DNA from: Octopus vulgaris
Lineage: Eukaryota
Length of the DNA: 64,000 nt
Assembly: GCA_951406725.2 (NCBI GenBank)
Contig: OX597831.1
Location: 78,368,001-78,432,000 of the forward strand
Direction of reading: 5' to 3'
Made by a program: the position numbers and the translations under genes. The notes under the pieces were generated by a model. That model was given only the letters and a program-made list of their open reading frames with translations. It had not been told where the DNA came from and did no database searches. The first letter of the stretch is position 1, and the number at the start of each line of letters is the position of its first letter. Of this stretch, positions 14,243 through 27,626 are shown in pieces.

Positions 14243-14397
14243 ATGACCAGAACTCGGGAAACTTAGTTTAGTGTTCTATGGTCTATGACCAGAACTCGGG
14301 AAACTTGCTTGACTGTTCTATGGTCTATGACCAGAAATCGGGAAACTTGGTTGAGTGTTCTATGGTCTATGACCAGAACTTGGGAAACTTGGTTGTG
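14243..14397 (+). repeat. 42-bp minisatellite, ~3.7 copies
   Basis: Unit atgaccagaactcgggaaacttggttgagtgttctatggtct starts at 14243, 14285, 14327 and 14369. Confidence 0.95.
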
Positions 14398-15087
14398 TCC
14401 TCATCTTATAAAATGTGGCCCCAGTAGACCCAAATTAAATCGGGTTATATTAACCAAAAGGTGAAAAGGGGTATAAATGGGGCTGGAAGGGGATTAAAAT
14501 TTAAAGGAGCGGGTGTTTAGCAATTCTCTGTTACATCAAGCTAAAAAATTTGCTCCAGCCTTTTAATCGTCAATGTGTTGCCGTCCATGATGAAGAAGTT
14601 TTGAATGCTTGCCATCGTGAGTCTACTGTCGTGAGAAAGAATCAAGTCAAAACTTGGTTTTTAGGGATTTTCTTTTACATCAAGTTCAAACTTTTACGCC
14701 AGCCGTTGAACTGTCAATGCGTTGCTGTCCGTCGTTAAGAAATGCCAGCCATGGTGACTCTACTATCCTCAAATTCTATCCCTTCAAACTTTGGTTTCCA
14801 ATATTTTATTATTTTTATTCAGCTCGCAAGTTCGTCTGTCCCTTTTAAATGTTAGTGTTTTGCTGTCTGTCTTGAAGCAGACCTTTCCTTTCTAACTGCC
14901 TGATATTTATGATTGATCTTTCTAAATATTTTATTTCTCAACTTACTCAAGATCTTTTGTTGTTTATAAATGGGAGAGACATACATAAAGATAGAGAGTA
15001 AGAGAAAGCGAGTGAGAGTCCGAGAGAAAGGAAGAGTAAGAGAGTGGGAAAGTGAGAGAGAAAGGAGAAAGAAACAAAGAGGGAGAA

Positions 15088-15400
15088 TCATCATCATCAT
15101 CATCATCGTTTAACGTCCGTTTTCCGTGCTAGCACGGGTTGGACAGTTTGACCAGGATCTGGGAAGCCAGGAGGCTGCACCAGGCTCCAGTCTGATCTGG
15201 CAGTGTTTCGACAGGTGGATGCCCTTCCTAACGCCAACCACTCTGTGAGCGTAGTGGGTGCATTTTTCGTGCCGCCGGCACAGGTGCCAGGGGGGCTGGC
15301 AATGGCCACGATCGATTGGTGCTTTTTACGTGTCACTGGCACAGAAGCCAGTCAAGGCGGCGCTGCAATCCGCCACGTTCGGATGGTACTTTTTACGTGC
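15088..15400 (-). mobile_element. SINE 3' portion with (GAT)n tail, inserted in the Helitron-like element
   Basis: Minus strand ends ccaacccgtgctagcacggaaaacggacgttaaac(gat)n. Confidence 0.65.
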
Positions 15401-15910
15401 TGAAAGGAAGCAACAGAAAGTAACAACCACACTCTTACCCGCGCGTAGAGCGGGTCACCTTCAGCTAGTATATATATATATATACATATATACCGCTTGG
15501 ATCGCTTTCAATGCCACTACGTCCCGTCCGATTCGCTCCAAAATTTACAGGGACATGTAGAAATAGGTGACGAAGCTCGTGGGCTACCTTAGAAATCCCT
15601 ATCTTAAAAGGTGTGGTTGCTAGGGGCCATCTTCCTCACTCACGCTATTTCCTCCAGTACCCTCTCACTCCCCTTCATATATATAACTTTGATATTCCAC
15701 TACCGTTATTTAAATTATCTGTCACTCTCGCTATTTCCTCTCTTTTTCACTCACTCTGTTTCTTACCTTCCCATTACATCGGCGTTCTTTTACGTATCAG
15801 TCTGTCACCAACAACACACGAGCATGAGAACAAATATTATGAATCAGATATTCTTGCGTTCATTTATATGTATGTGTGTGTGTGTTCTATATATAAATAT
15901 GTATATATAA

Positions 15911-15943
<33 letters not shown>

Positions 15944-16471
15944 TCTATATATAAATATGTATATATAATGTATGTGTGTGTGTGTGTTCTATATATATGA
16001 ATATGTATATATAATGTATGTGTGTGTGTGTTCAATATATAAATATGTATATATAATGTATATATACAAAGTGTATATATCTGTATTTATGTATATTAAA
16101 CTTTTTCATACTTTTTCATAGTTATATATATTTTTAAACAAATTATAAATATAATTTAATAATTTTTATTTTCAATTTAATTTAGATTTATCAATTTTAT
16201 ATTTTCTATATTATATTTTTTTTAATGTTTTTGTTTTTTCACTGTTTGATTTGCCTAAAAATTCCATTTTTCACTTTTATGATTATACCCAGAGTGCTCT
16301 GATCGAATATGAACTGTCTTCCCACTGGCGGACGTTTGTCTTTTTTATTTTTGAAACAAACACATTGCCTCTTTCGTTTTAAAACAATACTACCTTAATA
16401 CATTGGTCCAACAAACAAAACATCACCCACTCTCATTCTTTTATGTATCTGAGAATGTGTGTGTGTCTGTC

Positions 16472-17117
16472 TGTGTGTTTCCCTAAAACTTGAGAACTAC
16501 TCAACCAATTTCATTCAAATTTTACACATGACTTACTTAGGGTATAAGGAGTGTGTTGAGCTGTTCTGTCGCCATTGGGCTCACTGTCAGTGTGATATGG
16601 CGACCAGGCGCTCTGGTCGCCATTGGGCTCACTGTCATTCTTTTGGCTCACTGTCCGCGGCCACGAGACAACAGTGAGCGCTATGGCGACCAGAGCTCGC
16701 TCTGTCGCCATTGGGCTCACTGTCCGCGGCCACGAGACAACAGTGAGCGCTATGGCGACCAGAGCTCGCTCTGGTCGCCATTGTCACTGTCCGCGGCCAC
16801 GAGACAACAGTGAGCGCTATGGCGACATGGTCGCCATTGTGCTCACTGTGTTTCCCTAAAACTTGAGAACTACTCAACCAATTTCATTCAAATTTTACAC
16901 ATGACTTACTTAGGGTATAAGGAGTGTGTTGAGCTGGGCTCTGGTCGCCATTGGGCTCACTGTCCGCGGCCAATGGCGACCAGAGCTCGCTCTGGTCGCC
17001 ATTGGGCTCACTGTCCGCGGCCACGAGACAACAGTGAGCGCTATGGCGACCAGAGCTCGCTCTGGTCGCCATTGGGCTCACTGTCCGCGGCCACGAGACA
17101 ACAGTGAGCGCTATGGC
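16472..17117. repeat. 70-bp self-complementary minisatellite inside a ~376-bp tandem duplication
   Basis: Unit gagctcgctctggtcgccattgggctcactgtccgcggccacgagacaacagtgagcgctatggcgacca (16983 to 17053 = 70 bp). The leader tgtgtttccctaaaacttgagaac... is repeated at ~16472 and ~16847. Confidence 0.9.
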
Positions 17118-17134
17118 TTTCGTCTAGCCACTAT

Positions 17135-17135
<1 letters not shown>

Positions 17136-17194
<59 letters not shown>

Positions 17195-17357
17195 AACTGT
17201 CAGCGCGGCAACAACAACAGCAACAGCAGCAGCAACAGCAAGCAGCAACAACAGCAGCAACAGCAACAACAGCAGCAACAACAACAACAACAGCAACAAC
17301 AACAACAACAGCAACAGCAACAACAGCAACACAACAACAGCAACAACAGCAACAAGC

Positions 17358-17391
<34 letters not shown>

Positions 17392-17497
17392 GCAACAGCA
17401 ACAACAGCAACAGCAACAGCAACAACAACAACAACAACAGCAACAGCAACAGCAACAACAACAGCAACAGCAACAACAACAGCAACAGCAACAGCAA

Positions 17498-17529
<32 letters not shown>

Positions 17530-17760
17530 ACAACAACAACAACAGCAACAGCAACAACAGCAACAGCAACAGCAACAGCAACAACAACAACAACAGCAAC
17601 AGCAACAGCAACAGCAACAACAACAGCAACAGCAACAGCAACAACAACAACAGCAACAACAGCAACAGCAACAACAACAACAGCAACAACAGCAACAGCA
17701 ACAACAGCAACAGCAACAGCAACAGCTTGGCAACAGCAGCAACTTGGCAACAGCAGCTTG
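17136..17760 (+). repeat. Long (CAG)n/(CAA,CAG)n trinucleotide array
   Basis: Direct reading. Confidence 0.97.
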
Positions 17761-18448
17761 GCAATTTTAATTACATAGAGAACTATAGCGTGAAGGCAGC
17801 ATGTAAAAAAGCAACAACCCTTCCTCAGTTGTTGGCAGTTTTACTTACTCCGCATTGCAACAAGATGTGTCTTCGTTAAATCAATTGCTCCCCCAAAGCA
17901 AATTAAATAAAATTTGACATACGTGGAACGTCAAAGCTGCTAACAAGATCAGGACAGTCAAAATTTTCGCTAAGGGCTGTTTAACCGTAACGAGGCTGCA
18001 GAAAGAAAGCTTTATCAAGAGACAGAGGGGAATGCATGAACGAAATGAAAAAGAATTACATTTAGAAATAGATCTATAGTTATTGAGGACAGAATTTCTG
18101 TTAGAAATAGAGAACTATAACTATTGAATTATGCATAAAGCGCTGACTTACATTCGGGGCTTCCAATTTCTCTGTAAGATATAAGATTGTCGCAAAATCA
18201 TCGCACATGTCACCATCGATTACAAATGCCGGTGGAAGATAAACGTTCCAGAGGACATTCTTGTTCTTTCGTTCGTACAAGGATCGTATTATGTTTCGGC
18301 TTAAAATAAATTATAGATACAAATATAATGTATAGAAATATATAAAAACCAGAATAGAAAATAAACGTCTTAGGCATATAAAATGAGATAACATGAGATA
18401 TCAAGGTGTTATAAACTTGAAACTTACTAGAATATCATAGATTATATA

Positions 18449-21030
18449 TATCAATCATCCAGTCAGTTCTGTCCAATTTTACCTGTTTTTTAGATTTGAA
18501 TGAAATTTAATAGTATTTGCAAATGTCTAATTCAATTAAAAATTATTTTTATGCATTTGTGTACGTTTAAACTAATTCAATATTGTTTTACATAATAATA
18601 GACGGTGTCCACAAAGTCTGCGTACATGGGAATTAACACATACTTTTAAAACAAAACAATTTTATTTAATTATAATGCTAATAAATAATATGTTCAAAGT
18701 GATTTCCATCATTTTCAATACATAACTTGATGCGCCTTGCAAAATTCAGGTGAACTTGATTAAATAAGTCTACATTGCCATCAATTTAAGCACACTGACT
18801 GGTAATGCGTTCTCTCGTGTGTTTTAAATCTGTAATCTTTATTGAGTAAACTTTCTCTTTCAACATACCCCAGAAAAAGAAATCAAGGGGAGAAAGGTCT
18901 GGTGAACGAGGGGACCATTCCATATGACCCCTTCTTCCAATCTAGTGAGGAGGAAAAGTGTCATTAAATCAATCTCTAACAGTTGTGGCAAAATGGGTAG
19001 GGGCCCCATCCTGCTGAAACCAATTCGGAAGGCCCTCGCCTAGGCGCTCAATTTAAGATATTAATTTGTCTCTCAATATATTTGCATAAGTCTCATCCGT
19101 TACATGTTCAATGAAGAAGGGTCCTAGAACATGAGCTTTCCAAAAACCACACCACACCATCAGCTTTTTGCTGTCTTGCTGTTTGGATAGATCCATCCAA
19201 TGTGGATTACCTCGAGACCAGTATAGAAGATTCTGTCTGTTGACCTCACCATTTACATAAAATGTAGCTTTGTCACTGAACAACACAAAGTTTTTCGTAA
19301 AATTTATATTTTCATCCAATTTATCTGAAAACCATTCGCACGTCTACATTCGTCTATCAGGATCGTCTTCATTTAAGTGATGCAATATCTGTAGGTTGTA
19401 TCGATGAAACTTTTCCTCAACCAGCATTTTGTGGATGGTTGGTTTTGGAACACATAACACCGTAGATGTCCGACGAAGTGATTTTTTGGGGCTAGCTAGC
19501 AGAAACTTTAGCCTCGACAGCCTCTTTAGTTTCATCTGAAGTCTTTGGTCGCCCGGAACGGGGTTTATCCGAAACACTGCCTGTTTCTTTAAATGTCTTG
19601 ATCAATTTCCTGACGGCAGTAAAATAAATAGGTTGCCTACAAGGGTGTGGAAGATTAAATTCTTCCGCAATTTTGCGATAAGACCATCCCTCTCGTCCAC
19701 TTAATAATACTAACTCGATTCTTTCTTCTTTAGACAGATTCATCATTCGATCTGGGATTCTTTCTTCTTTAGACAGAGCCATCATTCGATCATCTGTAGA
19801 AAAAATAACAAATAAATTTAGAAAAGTAAAGTATTTTTTAAATTTAATTTAAACAAAAGTAAAAAAGGAAAATTATTATTTCTTATGTTATGATTTTATT
19901 CCATAAACCCAGACTTCGTGGACACCCTAAAATTGCTTTGATTAAAACCCCTTTCAACATGGAAGTATCCAAGGAGCATTTAAGGCACATATAATTCTTT
20001 ATGAGTACAATAAAGGTAACTCTGCTGCCGAAGTGACTCGAAACATACACTCAGTTTATGGCAAAGTGCTCGAATGAAAGAACTTGCAGGAGATCGTCCG
20101 CAAAATTGAAGATGAATATCGAACAGGATGTCCAGTTGAGTTTGACAAGCTCCTTGAGGCATTACTTGAAGAAAATCCGTCATTATCAGTTGAAGAATTG
20201 GCAATAAAGCTTACTTCAAACCATACAACAGTTCATCGTCATCTACAACAACGTGGAAAGATTCCTAAACTTGGAAAATAGGTGCCTTATGTATTGTCCG
20301 AAAGCAACCGCAAATCCCGAGTTGGCATCTGCTCTTCTCTCCATTCTCGCAAACTCATTTCACCATTTTTCGATAGACTTGTGATGAAAAATGGATTTTC
20401 TATCGAAATGTTAGACGTCGTAAACAGTGGCTTGGTAAAAGGGAAAATGCTCAACCACAACCGAGAAGGGAACTTCATGGGAAAAAGGTTCTACTCCCTA
20501 TCTGGTGCGATTGCAAAGGCGTAATTCACTTTATATTGTTACCACCTAATGCAACAATCAATGCTCAAGTCTACTGTCAGCAATTAGAGCGTTTGAACCA
20601 AGCTTTGAAGGAAAAAAGAGCCGCTTTAGTGAGTCGAAAATGAGTGATGTTTCATCAGGACAATGCGCAACCCCACACTGCAAAGATCACATCACAGAAG
20701 ATCGAAGGGGTCGGTTTGGAAAAATTTCTTCATCCAACTTATTCTCCCGACCTTACTCCTTCAGGATACCATTTGTTTCATAGTTTACAGAATTAGTAAG
20801 GGGATACAACTTTCGCAAGCCAGGGGGAGGTCGAACCTGACATTTCAGAGTTCTTCGCTTTGAAACCAAAAGAGTTTTACGTTGATGGGATTAAAAAGCT
20901 TGTAAATAGATGGAGGTAAGTCATAGATAATTAGGGAAAGTACATTGATGATTCACTTTCAATTAAATATAACATTTGATCACTTGTATTATTTATCCAA
21001 AATTCAGACAGAACTTATGGGATGACCTGG
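18449..21030 (+). mobile_element. Decayed mariner (DD34D-type) transposon, interrupted by a DD41D element
   Basis: Degenerate TIRs tcatccagtcagttctgtccaatttt (~18455) and aaaattcagacagaacttatgggatgacc (~21000). Transposase remnants MEVSKEHLRH (19959), *VPYVL, FHQDNAQPH and YSPDLTPSGYHLF, with stops and frameshifts. Confidence 0.85.
18601..19928 (-). mobile_element. Tc1/mariner DD41D (rosa-type) transposon, pseudogenised
   Basis: TIRs ggtgtccacaaagtctg / cagacttcgtggacaccc. Transposase motifs RSGRPK, FSDKATF, WFQQDGAP...WSPRSPDLSPLDFFFWG with 41 residues between the last two Asp; in-frame stops present. Confidence 0.9.
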
Positions 21031-21429
21031 GATATATACACTGGCGAAAATATATTTAAGACAGACGATAAAAGTTCTATTTCTTACAAAATATTTTGTT
21101 ACTAACACCATACAAATTATTTTTATCTTCTACACCTTATGCAAAATTTATTTCGCTTTCGAATGATGCAGACAATAACCATTTTTATACAACTTGAAGA
21201 ATTCTAATGCTAAATATAATTTTAATGGAGATAACCTGCAGTATATAGTACAACATTTTTGTCTCCGTATATGAGCTAAGTATTAATAAAATGTGGTATA
21301 CGATAAAAATTTCGGATATTTGTCTTAAAACATTCAGACAAGAAAATTCAGATGTAGCACATGAGGTATTATTCCATACGAATATCCACATATCTATATT
21401 AAGAATTTCATGATAAAAATATAGAAATA

Positions 21430-21996
21430 TTGGGTTGTCCGGAAAGTTCTTGCAGATTTATAGTAGCTTATCTTTCGACTTATTTTAGAACATGTTTGAG
21501 TCCATAAAATAGGATTTGACTACACCTCCATTTGGAGCACAGTTTAATCTATCTTTTCGTGGAAGAAGGTTTATGTTCCAATAACCTGTGTTAATTCTGT
21601 AACCCTTTAAATTAAAAGATGAGAAAAATTCATTATCGGCATTTGATGCTTTGGGAACCAGACAAAAATTGCTGTAGCTTGGCTGGGGTGACTTACCCCA
21701 CCCTCCATATTCACCAGATATTACTCCTTCGGATTTCCACTTATTCAGGTCTCTGCAGAATAGTCTTAATGGTGAAAATTTCAATTCCTTAGATGACGTA
21801 AAAAGATGCCTTGATGAATTATTTGCCTTGAAACCACCCCAATTCTGGGAAGAGGGTATTTTTAAGGTAAATGTAAGATGGAGACGTATTGTGCAACGAA
21901 ATGGTTCAGATTTGGTTCATTAAAAATGTAATGGCAAGTATTTAGTGACCATGTACTTTCCTTTAAAAATCGGAACGAACTTTCCGGACAACCCAA
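21430..21996 (+). mobile_element. Internally deleted mariner (MITE-like) with intact TIRs and TA TSD
   Basis: TA|ttgggttgtccggaaagttc ... gaactttccggacaacccaa|TA; internal HPPYSPDITPSDFHLFRSL. Confidence 0.9.
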
Positions 21997-22754
21997 TATA
22001 AACATGAAAAATAAAAACCTAAATTGAAAGAGGCGATTAAAATTTTTTCCTAACCTGCAGCCGTTTGTTGTACGAAGTATTCGAAATTCATCCCTCCTTC
22101 CTCAGGGTTCCTTTCTCGAGGTAAAATCCAGCAGAAAGCAGTAAGGCACTACATAGTGAGTATTCAAGTTGTGAAAGTTCAGTTTTTGGGTATCGATAAT
22201 TAAGTTGTCTGATTTCAAGAGAATTACCACGTTTAAATAAGAAATGAAAATCATTTAAGTTAATCATGCAATTTTGGGAATATTCCATTTTTTACTGATA
22301 TATACTACAATAACAAAGAAATTATTTAAGATTTTAGATTTATGCATAAGTATTCTTATGGTTCCAAAACACATGGTTCTCAGTTCAGCCCCACTGTGTG
22401 GTAACTTGGCATGTGTCTTCTACTATAGCCTGAGACCAACCAAAGCCTTGTCAGTGGATTTTGTAGACAGAAACTGAAAGAAATCAATCGTATATATATC
22501 TATGTATGTATGTAAGTCTGTGTGTGTGTCTTTGTGTTTCTCCCTCATCACTGCTTCACAACTGGTGTTCGTTTATTTACATCCCCATAACATACTGGTT
22601 TCACAAGAAGAAACTGATAGAATAAGTACCAGGCTTATCAAAATTTAAAAAAGCTCTACGCAGTGTCTCACATATATATGGATTTCGTGGACAGGAACTG
22701 AAACAAATCAATCATATATATATGTATGTATATATGTAAGTGTATGTGTTTTAG

Positions 22755-25459
22755 TATTGGCAACATGAATGACAATGGCCAGAGACTACTTGAATTTTGC
22801 ACATACCATAACCTGTGCATCACCAACACATTCTTTCCCAACAAGACATCCCACAAGGCATCTTGGAGACATCCAAGATCTCACCACTGGCATCAGTTGG
22901 ATCTCATCATTACACGAAGATCCTTTCTGAATTCTGTTCAACTGACCCGTAGCGCGGATTGTGACACAGATCATTCACTAATAAGAAGGGTGAGGATTCT
23001 GCCTAAAAAGTCCATCACTCCAAGAAAATGAGCCAACCACGCATTAACACTGCTAGAACCTCGGACCCTACACTGCGACAATGTTTTACTGTTTCTATCA
23101 AGGTTGCCCTCAGTAGCTGTCCAACCTCCTCTGCTGAAAGTAGGTGGAATTATATCAGGGAAGCTTTGTATACCACATCAATAGATACTTTCGGAATGAG
23201 AGAAAGGTAAAACCCAGATTTTGTTCAGTGCTGGGCTCTCAGAGCTGGAAACAGTTATCGAAGCAAAGCGTGCAGCTCTGATGCAATACAAGAGTGTTTC
23301 TTCTACAAAGTCACCCGAAGAACTCAGAAAGGCAAGAAATAAAACCCGACTCACTGCCAGACGCTGTGCAAATGGGTATTGACAGGAAATCTGTCAGAGT
23401 ATCCAGTCAGCTGCTGACAGTGGTGACACCCGTGGGATGTATGCCGGTTTGAAGAAGGCCCTCGGTCCATCCGCAACCACCTCAGCCCCTCTGAAATCAA
23501 CTACTGGAGATCTCATCAAGGACCAAAGCAAGCAAAAGGATACATGGATGGAGTACTACCAGGATCCCTACACACGAGAGGTAGCTGAAGCTGCAATCGA
23601 GGGTGTCAAGATCTTGCCAGTCATGTGTGAACTTGACAGTCTGCCATCTATAGCAGAGCTCACCAAATCTATTGACTCCCTAGCAAGTAACAAGGCTCCG
23701 GGGAAAGACGGCATCCCCTTAGAGATCATCAAAACCGGCAAAAATACCATCCTGCTTCGGCACATTCATGAGCTTCTGTGTCAGTGCTGGTAAGAGGGTA
23801 CAGTCCCTCAGAATATGCGGGATGCTAACATCATTACGCTTTACAAAAATAAAAGTGACCGTGATGATTGTAACAATTACCGTGGAATATCTCTTCTAAG
23901 CACAGTTGGAAAGGCCTCTGCTCGCATTATCCTGTCCAGGCGTCCAGGCTGCAACTAATTGCTTCTCGAATTTATCCAGAATCGCAGTGTGGCTTTAGAA
24001 GCAGATCAACTATTGACATGATATTCTCCATACGCCAACTTCAGAAGTCCAGAGAGCAGAACATTCCATTATATATGGCCTTCATTGATCTGACAAAGGG
24101 CTTTGACTTGGTAAGTAGAAAAGGCCTCTTCATCCTGCTCCAAAAAATCGGATGTCCACCAAAGCTGCTGAGGATCATCAAATCATTCCATACTAATATG
24201 CAAGACACCATACAGCACATTGGTTCAACATCAGCCGCCTTCCAAATAAAAATGGGGTAGAGCAAGGTTGTGTCCTTGCTCCTACATTATTTGGCATCTT
24301 CTTCTCGCTGCTGCTGTCACATGCCTTTGAGACATCAGATGATGGAGTGTTTCTGCACAGTAGAAGTGATGGGAAATTGTTTAATCTCTCGCGTCTGCGT
24401 GCCAAGACCAAAATCTCAGAAGCGTCCTGATCAAGGAGATGCTATTTGCTGATGATGCCGCTCTGGTATCACACACAGAAGAAGCCCTACGAAGGCTCAG
24501 CAACTGTTTTGAGCAAGCATTTGGCAACTTTGGCTTAGTTATCAGCCTCAAGAATACCAACATCATGGGTCAGGCTACATCGGACATCCCAAACATACAT
24601 ATTGGAGACCACAGAGTATAGGAGGTGGAGAAGTTTACCTATCTTGGCTCTACCGTCACCTACAACCTATCCCTTGATGCTGAGCTCAATATACGCATTG
24701 GCAAGGCAGCTGCTGTGATGGCCCAACTCACCAAACGCGCATGGGACAACAATAAGCTGACCAAGACCACAAAAATGAAGATTTACCAGGCATGTGTACT
24801 TAGCACTCTACTGTATGACTTTGACGCCATACACACGCCATACGACGCCATACGTCGCCTAAATATCTTTCACTTGCGCTGTCTCCGGAAAATCCATCGC
24901 ATCAAATGGCAGAATCATGTCCCTAACAAAGATGTCCTCAAGCAAGCAGGAATACCAAGCATGTTTGCACTCTTCACACAAAGACGTATGAGATCGCTTG
25001 GACATGTTAGCCGTATGGAAGATGGCAGAATCCCCAAGGACATACTCAACGGAGAGCTTGCTAGGGGCACTAGGTCTGTGGGAAGACCGTTCTTACGATA
25101 CAATGATGTTTGCAAAAGGGACATGAATACCTGCAACATCAATATTACCAACTGGGAAGCAGTTGCCAGCAACCGTGGAGATTGGCGATGTATCGTAAAA
25201 GAGGGAACACAAAGGAGTGACATAGTAAGAAAGGAGAAATGGAAAGACAAGAAAAGACGTCAACAAAAAACTATGACATTAAGACCAGTCAGGCAAAGTC
25301 GTCGCTACATTTACGGCACCTGCCAGAGGGAGTGTTTGTCCCGGATAGGACTACACAGCCACAGCAAGAGATGTATTAGGACATGAAATGTAAAAGCCGG
25401 ACTAGATTATTTTATGCGCAACTCCATTGTCTCCTGAGACAAAAAGGATGCCAACAACA
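22755..25459 (+). mobile_element. RTE-clade (BovB-like) LINE, 5'-truncated and pseudogenised
   Basis: APE end (NDNGQRLLEFC, WRHPRSHHWHQLD), RT motifs (KAPGKDGIP, YRGISLLS, FIDLTKGFDLV, LFADD, FTYLGS), C-terminal CLSRIGLHSH, and tail ccattgtctcctgagac...gatgcc(aac)n. Confidence 0.95.
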
Positions 25460-25740
25460 ATATATATGGATTTCGTAGACATGAACTGTAACAAATAAAT
25501 CGTATATATATGTATGTATATATGTAAGTGTATGTGTGTGTCTTTGTCTCTGTGTTTCGCCCTCATCACTGCTTCACAACTGCTGTTCACTTATTTACAT
25601 CCACATAACTTACTGGTTTCACAAGAACAAACTAATAGAGTAAGTACTAGGCTTATCAACATAAAAAAGCACTAGGCTGTGTCTCATATTTTTGTTTGCC
25701 CACTCAGTTGTATCTATCAATTTATCTTTGTGTGTGTGTA

Positions 25741-25781
<41 letters not shown>

Positions 25782-27068
25782 CACCCTAATGGGAGCCATA
25801 AATCCCAAATTTTAGTAATTTCTTTTATGATCCAAAACTTGGTCAAAAGTACTGAATGGATCTTTATGAAATTTGGAAATTAGATTCTATGCATAAGGGC
25901 CATAACGCCCATGACAATTCATATATTTTTGCTGTTGATGAAATTTTAACCATAGACATTAGACACAAATGAAGTAAGATCTATAAAATTTCATCTTACA
26001 AAGTTAGAAAGACCCCTCCATGGGGACTTAACATCTACAATTTTGTCATTTTATCTAAGCAAAAATGAATACAGTTGTGCTCTTGGAAGCTGTAGGGATA
26101 CCCGAGCATAAAAGATGAGCATTATTTGTAATTCAATGGTACAACAGTGTAACAGTTTGCTTTGACATACACTTACATTGTGATTTCTGCAATGTGCTGC
26201 ATAAATTGTCAAGTAAATGAGAGGCATCTTTGCCTCCACTGATTCAGTTGTAAAGTGTAGAGTAAAATTTATTTGATTGCAGACCTCCTTTCAGTCTTTT
26301 TATTATCACTCGGTCACACATAGTCCCCAGATGGTAACATTGATTTCAAGCCCTTCCCAGATGAGTGACTGGTTATTCGAAGACATTTATAGATTTTAAA
26401 TTTATTCTGTCCAGTTACGTATCAGTATAGTGGTCATTTGCAAACTACAGAGGTGACACTTTCATTTCTCCTTAGCTCTCACGTCAAACAGTTGTTAATG
26501 TTGATTTCAGTTGGGTCACGCCCTTCCAATTGCTATAGATTCGTAATGCATCTTACGGCTGTGCATGTCACCTGGATGGTGAGGAATCCTACATTAGGAG
26601 TGGTAACGACTAGGGTAGGGTAACTGACTGCTTATTGTGATCATTCGTCTTTTGGTTTCCTGTAGCTTTGTTCTCTTTTACAAACCCAGTGAACATATAT
26701 TTCCTATTTCAAAGAAATTCAAACAATAGATATAAGACCCAAGTTAAAAAGATTTTCAACAATTCAACTTCTCTGGTTGACATTAAGATGCCTACCCCCA
26801 ACAGGGGCCTTAACTCTCACATTTTAGAGCTCCATGACCTTCATTTTTCAGGAACAAAATCTTTTTAACAAGTTAAATAAGACTGGAATTTTGGAATATG
26901 CGCATAAAAATCAGGATTATGGGATACATGTGGCACGATTACAATTTTTTAGGGTGTGTAAAGATTGAAATAACCCTCATCTGCAATTTTGATGAAATTC
27001 GAAACATAGATATTCCAGTTCATCACAGAAGATATAACAGAAAAGTCTAATTCTCCAATTGAATGTAA

Positions 27069-27095
27069 TCGGGCAACGCCGGGTATCTCTGCTAG
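27069..27095 (+). mobile_element. Helitron-like 3' terminus
   Basis: cgggcaacgccggg...gCTAG|Tata; the same motif ends the element at 34811-34838. The 5' end was not confidently located. Confidence 0.55.
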
Positions 27096-27204
27096 TATAT
27101 ATATATATTTCTAATGCCAAATATGCCGAAAATATTGTCCATTAACCATATAATTTTTCACAATACGCACGCTACTCGAATAAAATTTCTAAAAAATTCC
27201 ATTA

Positions 27205-27263
27205 TTACCATATCGGACCGATTTCAGAGTTAGCTACTAAGAGCCCTCTCTTCGTCAGTGATA
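27205..27263 (-). ncRNA. Type I hammerhead ribozyme (inverted copy)
   Basis: Reverse complement of 27568-27626. Confidence 0.8.
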
Positions 27264-27566
27264 CATGAATTATATAAATTTAACCGTTAAAGGTATTTTT
27301 AATATGCTGGCCATTGATAAAATTGTTTTCGAGAAAATATTTTTTTTCGAAAAGAATTTTATCCTCACATTTGATATAAATTTAAGCGTTCACTTCCGGA
27401 CTAACTAACTCACTCTGTGAGAGCCTCAGTTCAAATCGCACGTGCCTCGGATGGGCTGGAGTATTTCTATTTTGGATGTATTTGGGGTACTTAGTCGTGC
27501 CCGTGACTTAGTGTTTGCTTCTTCCATGGGTATGAGTAAGTATCTCATTTATTTCTTTTGCCACAT

Positions 27567-27626
27567 TTATCACTGACGAAGAGAGGGCTCTTAGTAGCTA
27601 ACTCTGAAATCGGTCCGATATGGTAA
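27567..27626 (+). ncRNA. Type I hammerhead ribozyme
   Basis: ttatca CTGACGA agag..ctct GAAA tcggtccg ATA tggtaa. 6-bp stem I, near-palindromic stem III atcggtccgat, cleavage triplet AUA. Confidence 0.85.

Larger units (their letters stand above)
13388..15468 (+). mobile_element. Non-autonomous Helitron-like element with nested repeats
   Basis: 5' TCtatatataaaactg; 3' hairpin acccgc-gcgtaga-gcgggt followed by CTAG|T at 15465-15469. A second copy of its 5' region starts at ~15491. Confidence 0.6.

Noticed and set aside
14243-17117. CRISPR-like appearance of the 42-bp and 70-bp arrays
   Set aside because: The units are contiguous with no unique spacers, there are no cas genes, and the context is eukaryotic.
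16926-17879. 317-aa poly-Q/poly-N ORF
   Set aside because: Composed entirely of the minisatellite plus the CAG/CAA array; no splice or domain evidence.
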